IMG/VR virus record: IMGVR_UViG_3300007520_000051
Span: 1-31,005 of that record
Source: a virus
Taxonomy: Duplodnaviria; Caudoviricetes
Reading direction: 5' to 3' (one strand)
DNA: 31,005 nucleotides
Made by a program: the position numbers and the translations under genes. The notes under the pieces were generated by a model. The model was not told the DNA's origin. It saw only the letters and a program-made list of their open reading frames with translations, and made no database searches. Of this stretch, positions 9,159 to 15,103 are shown piece by piece. How positions within the stretch are numbered: the first letter of the stretch is position 1; each line of letters opens with the position of its first letter.

Positions 9159-9270
9159 TGCGTTTTTTACTATAGTAATTTCCCTACAGGAGGATTGCTA
9201 ACGGGAATTGTTTGGGATCTAGTCAAGATTTTACTAATTAAAGCCTGAAAAACTTACTTTTAAGACCTAC

Positions 9271-9300
9271 TTGCACTTTGTCAGGGAGTATGTCTATAAT
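9271..9300 (+). promoter_or_regulatory. Sigma70-type promoter driving a leaderless mRNA
   Basis: TTGCAC-18nt-TATAAT with the ATG 6 nt downstream (9307). Confidence 0.7.
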
Positions 9301-9306
9301 AATTCT

Positions 9307-9495
9307 ATGGAAACAGAAACACGAGAAGAGAAGCTTTTTAAGCTTAATGAAATTGTAAAAGGCAGAACTGCCATCTGCGACATGATTAAATGCAAAACCG
9401 AGAGACCATCTGATGCAGTCATGTTACCTTTCTTTAGGTACAACGAAACGCAAGAAACCGATAGCTATTACTGCGGGTGCATAGGGTGGGACTAA
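9307..9495 (+). CDS. Small Cys-containing hypothetical protein
   Basis: METETREE...GRTAIC...C...D.YYCGC.GWD; start moved to the leaderless ATG. Confidence 0.7.
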   Translation: METETREEKLFKLNEIVKGRTAICDMIKCKTERPSDAVMLPFFRYNETQETDSYYCGCIGWD

Positions 9496-9917
9496 TGGGG
9501 GGCTCAGAGATATCATTTGAAGTTGTAGAAGAAATTCACTACAGGTACAAACAAACAGGCAAACCAGTGAGCTTATACACAAACAGTTTTATTGTTGAAG
9601 CGGAGAGCTCAGATGAGAAAAGATCCTATGAGATCTCAATTGAATACACTTGGTCTCACACAGACCCCGAGACCTTTGGAGAGTATCTTCTTTACGTAGC
9701 TGAATATGAATCATACGATAATGCTAAATACGTAATTGAAAAGCCTAGTCATTATTACCAGGAAATCTTAGAGTTTTGGCTGAAGAAAGAGATTCATCAA
9801 TTAAACGTTTCTTCTGATCAAGTTTTTGTCAATTTTGAAAATGAACTTAAGCACTCTGGTTTAGTTTCCCGCTGGGAGCTTCTAGAAGATGAGGATGAGA
9901 GCCTCGCACTAAATTAA
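9495..9917 (+). CDS. Acidic hypothetical protein
   Basis: ATG overlaps the preceding TAA (TAATG); about 140 aa. Confidence 0.65.
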   Translation: MGGSEISFEVVEEIHYRYKQTGKPVSLYTNSFIVEAESSDEKRSYEISIEYTWSHTDPETFGEYLLYVAEYESYDNAKYVIEKPSHYYQEILEFWLKKEIHQLNVSSDQVFVNFENELKHSGLVSRWELLEDEDESLALN

Positions 9918-9951
9918 GCCTTGTCGGGGTCCCTTAATCTAAGTGCGAGGC
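9901..9951. other. Long inverted repeat/hairpin over a stop codon
   Basis: GCCTCGCACT (9901-9910)/AGTGCGAGGC (9942-9951) is a perfect 10-bp stem, plus ATTAAG/CTTAAT. Confidence 0.6.
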
Positions 9952-10065
9952 AATCTGACGCCCACTAGAGCCATGACGCTCTATTCAGTGTCTAACTACC
10001 ATCCTAGATAGTTTCAATTTAATTATATAAAACAATAAAGGCAGCTACTCCTGCAGAAAAGCCAA

Positions 10066-10131
10066 ACACACACACACAATTTTTTTTAAAGCGTCCTCTC
10101 GCGTTTATAACGGGAAGAGAGCGCGAAAAAA
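10066..10131. repeat. Hairpin repeat, copy 3
   Basis: (AC)n-AATTTTTTTT..CCTCTC..TATAACGGGAAGAGAGCGCGAAAAAA. Confidence 0.8.
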
Positions 10132-10144
10132 TGCGGTAATTAAC

Positions 10145-10354
10145 TTAACTTTCTCCACGAAGATGCTTCTCATAGATCACTTCTCGATTACCCAATTTTA
10201 ATTTTCTACTAACTCGTCTCTTTCCAGTTGAAATAACTAATGACATAGGAATTTGAGTTGTCTTGCCCTCGACGTAGTCAGCTCGCGCTTTTCCTAACTC
10301 GATTGGGATGCCCAGAGAATTAAATGCCTCTTTAGCTAAAGTCTCACTTGTCAT
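10145..10354 (-). pseudogene. C-terminal fragment resembling a DUF6088/AbiEi-like type IV antitoxin
   Basis: LAKEAF..LG....G.A...Y..GKTTQIPM...ISTG.RRVSRKL..G...V.YE; the N-terminal HTH half is missing and replaced by a tandem repeat. Confidence 0.5.
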
Positions 10355-10429
10355 TTGTGTACACAATTAATGTTTAATGCTCATTTTGTGTACACAATTA
10401 ATGTTTAATGCTCATTTTGTGTACACAAT
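10351..10429. repeat. 31-bp tandem repeat (about 2.6 copies), each with palindrome TTGTGTACACAA
   Basis: Palindromes at 10355-10366, 10386-10397 and 10417-10428. Confidence 0.9.
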
Positions 10430-10624
10430 GTACCAGTTTGAACTGTTCGGGATTTCCGTACAGTTGGGGGATTAGTCGCACTAGTCATGGGGATTTAGTC
10501 GGTTTGATTCTTATTCTAGCCTATAGTCTCATTTTGAAAAGATTAAGAACAGTTATCGGGCTAAGAATTACTTTCTAAATAGTAAGATAAGATATATCTA
10601 ACTCTACAGGAGGCAGGTGCTGAC

Positions 10625-10852
10625 ATGTACATGGACTCAGCTACCCCCGACAATAAAGTTGCAACTATTGGCGACGTTAACGCTGGTCCAGGAGGAGGCG
10701 GTGGAAGTGATTTAATGGATTTAATCAGTGGAGAACACTTTAAAATCCTAACCGAGCCCTTCGCAGAAGTACTGACTGAACTAGGAATTGTCTGGAAGGA
10801 AACAGAATTCCCACTCGCAATGCCAGTTGAAACAACAAACGAACTGTGTTGA
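10625..10852 (+). CDS. Hypothetical protein, possibly a structural-gene fragment
   Basis: AGGAGG upstream; NKVATIGD plus a poly-Gly linker of the kind seen in phage fibre proteins. Confidence 0.4.
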   Translation: MYMDSATPDNKVATIGDVNAGPGGGGGSDLMDLISGEHFKILTEPFAEVLTELGIVWKETEFPLAMPVETTNELC

Positions 10853-11131
10853 CTAATCCCCCAACTCATGCAGATTTTGCAACAATTCAAACTTGTACAG
10901 GTTTTTGTACAGAAGTGATTAAGAAATACCACGCAATTCAAAGTGGACTAACATAACTGGGACTTATCTAAACCTATAACTCATACGTTATAACGTATAG
11001 GAAACAGCGAAAGCCTATAAAGAGGGAACAAAAGGTGGGGGGTTTAAGGGGTAGTGAGGGAACTGGTTGCAGGGTAGCGTAGAAGATGGTTGTGAGGTAG
11101 CGCAAATTGTTTGCAAGTAAAATTAAATCAA

Positions 11132-11210
11132 GGGGCAGGAAGGTTTCGACTAACTGTAAAACCGCATGACGGTCTATGTTAGGACAGGGGTTCGATTCCC
11201 CTCTGCTCCA
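11132..11210 (+). ncRNA. Mini-tmRNA (tRNA-like domain only, no tag ORF)
   Basis: Acceptor stem GGGGCAG/CTGCTCC-A with G3:U70; GAAGGTTTCGAC D-loop region; P2a CTAAC/GTTAG; GAC; T-arm AGGGG-TTCGATT-CCCCT; TAAAAT -10 at 11118-11123. Confidence 0.85.
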
Positions 11211-11215
11211 CGAAT

Positions 11216-11250
11216 GACAAATGCGTACCGTTTGCAGTACGGTTTTGTCA
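11216..11250 (+). terminator. Hairpin downstream of the mini-tmRNA (terminator or processing signal)
   Basis: TGACAAA/TTTGTCA outer stem with CGTAC/GTACG inner stem; no clear U-tail. Confidence 0.4.
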
Positions 11251-11280
11251 CGGTAAAGGAATAGGCTAAGTTGTAAAAAG

Positions 11281-11289
11281 TTATCCACA
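11281..11289 (+). promoter_or_regulatory. DnaA box (TTATCCACA)
   Basis: Perfect consensus; shares TTATCCACAGGCT (13 bp) with the 7370 site. Confidence 0.5.
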
Positions 11290-11376
11290 GGCTAGGCAGT
11301 TGCTTTTTGCTATTTTTCTGTATACATTTAAGTCTAACTATGTACGTGTAAACGACAAAAAGACAGGATAATTATT

Positions 11377-11877
11377 ATGGACAATAGTGTTAAATACCTA
11401 AATACCACTGCAAATCACTTTGAACATTGCGATTGGGACTACACCAGGTTGTCCCACATTAAATCTATTAAATATGAATCAAAGCATGATAAAACAAATT
11501 CATTTTTATTTAGACTAAAAAGTGTCCTTAGGTGGCTATTCGGTCCAACACCTAATTTCATTAAAGAACTAGAACCAACTTTGCTTGGAAGAACTAAAAA
11601 TCGTATCTGCATAGCATATTTTTTATTTATTAAAGAAAAGAATGTTCCAGATGGAGTTTTATTAAACAGTGGTGGAGTTATTACTGAGTGGGAGGAGACT
11701 GGAGAGTATCTTCAGCTAGTACAACCCTCTGTAGGAGCTCTATTAGCTGATTTCCTTAAGGAAGACCCAGAGCACCCTCATGCCAAGATAATTACTGCTG
11801 AACTCGATCGAATTATAGAAAGATATAATGAAAGAGTGATTAATGGAGAAGTAGATGGAAACAGGCGAAATGTCTAA
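11377..11877 (+). CDS. Hypothetical protein
   Basis: 166-aa ORF with AGGA RBS; C-terminal P.VG.LLAD.L pattern. Confidence 0.7.
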   Translation: MDNSVKYLNTTANHFEHCDWDYTRLSHIKSIKYESKHDKTNSFLFRLKSVLRWLFGPTPNFIKELEPTLLGRTKNRICIAYFLFIKEKNVPDGVLLNSGGVITEWEETGEYLQLVQPSVGALLADFLKEDPEHPHAKIITAELDRIIERYNERVINGEVDGNRRNV

Positions 11878-12535
11878 AGAAATAGCATATTGCTATGCTC
11901 GCGTATCTACCCAGATGCAGGTAGAAGATGGCATGTCTTTAGGGGCCCAGGAGAAGCAACTTAACTATGCTGCCGATGCTGCTGGTTATGAAGTTGTTAT
12001 GCTACGCGAAGAAGGACGCTCAGGTAAGAGCATTCAGGGCCGTCCAGTGCTCAGGGAAGCCTTACACAGGTTAGATGCAGGAGAAGCTAACGCTTTGTAT
12101 GTAACTCGTCTAGATCGCCTTGCTCGCTCTACTAAGGACTTCCTAAGCATTATTGATAGGTCTCACAAGCATGGCTGGCGTCTGGCGCTACTAGATCTAG
12201 GTTTAGACACTGCCACCTACCAGGGGAGGTTTGTAGTTACCATTATGGCAGCTATGGCAGAGATGGAACGAGGGATGATCTCTCTTAGACAAAAAGACGT
12301 TCATCAAGATCGTAGAGATAACGGTAAAGTCTGGGGAGTTGATTTAGGACCAAAACCTATAATTAATGATGTAATAAGGGAAAGAATTAAAGCAGAAAGA
12401 GACGCTGGAATTTCTTACAAACTTATTGCTGATAGTTTAAATAGAGAAGCAATACCCACTGCCCATGGGGGCAAAGAATGGTACTCATCAACAGTAAGAG
12501 CTATCCACACTTCTTATTTAAAAACTTTAACTTAA
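11855..12535 (+). CDS. Serine recombinase (resolvase catalytic domain plus short C-terminal DNA-binding domain)
   Basis: YARVST (catalytic Ser), SGK...RP.L, RLDRLAR, AEMER, IA..LN...IPT..GG..W..STVR. Confidence 0.92.
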   Translation: METGEMSKEIAYCYARVSTQMQVEDGMSLGAQEKQLNYAADAAGYEVVMLREEGRSGKSIQGRPVLREALHRLDAGEANALYVTRLDRLARSTKDFLSIIDRSHKHGWRLALLDLGLDTATYQGRFVVTIMAAMAEMERGMISLRQKDVHQDRRDNGKVWGVDLGPKPIINDVIRERIKAERDAGISYKLIADSLNREAIPTAHGGKEWYSSTVRAIHTSYLKTLT

Positions 12536-12594
12536 TTAACAACACTTTACTGATGTAAAATTCTAGTGATCTTAAACAGTCGCTGGAGCTTTAC

Positions 12595-14331
12595 TTGTTT
12601 AATAAATTTCGTATTTTATTTTTGTCTACTCTTTTTTTGTTGTACTCATTTATTGGCGCATCTTTTGCACCTGTAGGTGCATCTATATCTGAACAGCCTT
12701 GTAGTACATATTCATGGAGTGAAGAAGATGATGTTGCACATCAAATGTCTCTTCCTTACAGTCTACCTTTAGGTAGTACAACATATGACACGGTTTACGT
12801 GACAACTAACGGAACTCTGACTTTTGGTACACCTGACCCAACATTTCATACTTACCCATCAACTTCATCTATCTCCCTTGCGGGCTGGGACTGGGTTACC
12901 TGGGGTGGAGGATACTTAAGTTATGGAGTAACTGACACTGGATTTTGTGTTGAGTGGAGGGTGCGTCCTTACCCTGAATCAAGTGGTGATTTCACAACAA
13001 TCAAATTAACTGTTGATACTTCACGTTTACCAACTTGGTCAGGAATTGTTGAGACAACAGGGTGGCTTCCTCAGGATTTACGTCGTGGAATTCGTTTTGA
13101 ATCTAATCAAGATGTTGTAGTTATTTCTGAAGCATTTACTATTAACGGCGGGGTTCCAGTTGAAATGCAAACTTGCTGGGATGGGACAATTATTCCTATG
13201 TCTGGAACTTGTCCAGCAGAACCGCCACCAGGAGAGTGCTGGGACGGATCAACAGTTGCTTATAACCAGACTTGTCCACAAGTGCCACCAGATACGCAGT
13301 GTTGGAATGGGACATGGGTTGCGTGGAGCCAAACTTGTCCTCAACAGCCAGCACCAATTGAATGCTGGGACGGATCAGAAGTTAATTACGATCAACAATG
13401 TCCTCCAGTACCAGATCCTGTTGTTAGTCCAACCCCAGAACCAACGCAAACAATAGCACCCACCCCAGAGCCAACAGTGACACCTGAGCCGTCACCATCA
13501 GAAACACCGACAATAGAGCCAACTTTAGAACCTTCACCAGAACCTAGTTTTTCTCAGGCTCCAGTAGAGTCCCCAGCTCCTGCCCCTTCAGAGAGTTTAA
13601 CTCCTCTTCTACTTCCAAGTTCTCCAGAACCAGTAGAGCCTTCACCCACATTTGTCCCAGAAGATCCAGAACCTTCATTTACACCAACTCCTAGTCAAGA
13701 AACAATTATAGAACCAGAAATACCAATTGATTTTGACGAGCCATTTACTAAAGAAGAAGTCGAAGAATTTATTAGTGATTTGCTTTCTGATGGAAATATT
13801 AGTCAAGAAGAAGTAAATAATTTACTAAAAAATCTTACTGAAGACGGAGTTTTAACTCAAGAAGATAAGGAACTACTTGTATCCGTTATTATTGCTCAAG
13901 CAGATGGAGAGGCAGTATCTTCTGAATTAATTGATGAGTTGGGTCTTGATTATGAAGATTTACCACCAGATCAGTTGGTTATTTTATCTAATGCAGTGGT
14001 TTTAACTGCAGAAGTTTTAGATGCTATTGAAATCTTTGAAAGTCCCTCCGAACTTCTAGCAACAATTTTTTCTGATCCAAGTAAAGCAGTTAAAGCTTTA
14101 CTTAATGTCGGCGCAGACATGACTGAAGAAAAACGCGAAGAAGCTCAAACAGTTGTTGTTGCGGCAATTATTGTGACACAGGTAGCTGCAATAGCAGCTG
14201 TTGCATCTTCTGGTTCTACAAGTTCCTCAGGAAGCACTGGAGCAGGAGTTCCTGCAGGTGAAGAGAGAGTTAGAAAATCAAAAAAGAGAGTTATTAAAAA
14301 AACCCCTAAAAACAGGAAAATTAAAAGATAA
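12595..14331 (+). CDS. Large exported/membrane protein: NIDO-like domain, 4 CW(D/N)G repeats, Pro/Glu-rich linker, C-terminal TM and basic tail
   Basis: Signal peptide; DD...LP...G..YDTVYVTTNGTLTFG; 4 x 21-aa repeats; VGADMT.E.REEAQ.VVVAAIIV.Q. Confidence 0.8.
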   Translation: MFNKFRILFLSTLFLLYSFIGASFAPVGASISEQPCSTYSWSEEDDVAHQMSLPYSLPLGSTTYDTVYVTTNGTLTFGTPDPTFHTYPSTSSISLAGWDWVTWGGGYLSYGVTDTGFCVEWRVRPYPESSGDFTTIKLTVDTSRLPTWSGIVETTGWLPQDLRRGIRFESNQDVVVISEAFTINGGVPVEMQTCWDGTIIPMSGTCPAEPPPGECWDGSTVAYNQTCPQVPPDTQCWNGTWVAWSQTCPQQPAPIECWDGSEVNYDQQCPPVPDPVVSPTPEPTQTIAPTPEPTVTPEPSPSETPTIEPTLEPSPEPSFSQAPVESPAPAPSESLTPLLLPSSPEPVEPSPTFVPEDPEPSFTPTPSQETIIEPEIPIDFDEPFTKEEVEEFISDLLSDGNISQEEVNNLLKNLTEDGVLTQEDKELLVSVIIAQADGEAVSSELIDELGLDYEDLPPDQLVILSNAVVLTAEVLDAIEIFESPSELLATIFSDPSKAVKALLNVGADMTEEKREEAQTVVVAAIIVTQVAAIAAVASSGSTSSSGSTGAGVPAGEERVRKSKKRVIKKTPKNRKIKR

Positions 14332-14356
14332 CAAAAACATTCTGGAAGGAATAAAT

Positions 14357-14554
14357 ATGATTAAGAAAATCGCTTCAGCCATCTGGGCTGTAGTTAAAGA
14401 TCTAATTGCTGAAATGTGGACTTTACTAGGTATGTTTATTGCCTGGGTAACTCTAGATGGATCTGCTAAATCCGTTGTAGGTATGGCCACTTTAATTGCA
14501 CTAACAGTGTGGATTATCAGCCTACCCTTACGTATGGAAAAAGATGAAGATTAA
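14357..14554 (+). CDS. Small two-TM membrane protein (partner of the upstream gene; holin-like topology)
   Basis: GAAGGA RBS; MIKKIASAIW...WTLLGMFIAW.TLDGSAK.VVG.AT...; start moved from 14201. Confidence 0.75.
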   Translation: MIKKIASAIWAVVKDLIAEMWTLLGMFIAWVTLDGSAKSVVGMATLIALTVWIISLPLRMEKDED

Positions 14555-14562
14555 CCCCTAAA

Positions 14563-14591
14563 TTGCCTATTGTAGTACCTACTGGTATGTT
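14563..14591 (+). promoter_or_regulatory. Putative promoter for the terminase operon
   Basis: TTGCCT-17nt-TATGTT with an extended TG. Confidence 0.45.
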
Positions 14592-14631
14592 TACAATAAG
14601 AAACATTCTACTACAATAGGAGAAATAAAGA

Positions 14632-15093
14632 ATGAGTGACGATTTAATAAAAGAATATAAAGACAAAATAGACCCTATCCTATTATTGGCAAAAAAAGCT
14701 TATGGATCTAGGACTCAAAAAACCCCAGCTCATGATGCCAGCAGAAGATACACAGATTTGCTTATTGAATTTAAATTAAAAGGCGGAAGTCTTCCAGGGC
14801 TTGCCAGAGAACTAAATGTTGCATATGCAGGAGTAAGACGACGTGTGGTTATGAAGGACGTTACAGTAGCTTCTGTACGACCAAAATCACGTACTTTAGA
14901 TGAAAATTCTGTAATTGAAGCATCTGAAAGAGTTAGAAAAGCTAAAGAAAATGGCGTAAGTAGCTACCACGATCAACTGGCAAAAGAGTATCAAGATGGC
15001 ATACCAATGTCAGGACTTGCCCGAGGATTAGGGCTAAGCTCGGCTGCTCCGTTGTATTATGGAGTTCAGAGAAGTTTACAGAGAAATAATTAG
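14632..15093 (+). CDS. Tandem HTH-like protein, candidate terminase small subunit
   Basis: Two similar repeats (GGSLPGLARELNVAY; GIPMSGLARGLGLSS) directly upstream of TerL. Confidence 0.55.
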   Translation: MSDDLIKEYKDKIDPILLLAKKAYGSRTQKTPAHDASRRYTDLLIEFKLKGGSLPGLARELNVAYAGVRRRVVMKDVTVASVRPKSRTLDENSVIEASERVRKAKENGVSSYHDQLAKEYQDGIPMSGLARGLGLSSAAPLYYGVQRSLQRNN

Positions 15094-15103
15094 GTAGGTC
15101 TGA

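Noticed and set aside
10351-10429. CRISPR array
   Set aside because: The units are adjacent, near-identical tandem copies with no unique spacers, and no cas genes are present.
11132-11210. Ordinary tRNA-Ala, or an attP copy of the ssrA 3' end
   Set aside because: There is no D-stem or 7-nt anticodon loop. Both tmRNA ends are present and complementary, whereas attP sites duplicate only one end.
10974-11288. 104-aa minus-strand ORF
   Set aside because: It is the antisense shadow of the mini-tmRNA (SRGESNP is the reverse complement of the T-arm).
14201-14356. N-terminal extension of the small membrane protein
   Set aside because: It overlaps the upstream gene; the RBS supports the ATG at 14357.
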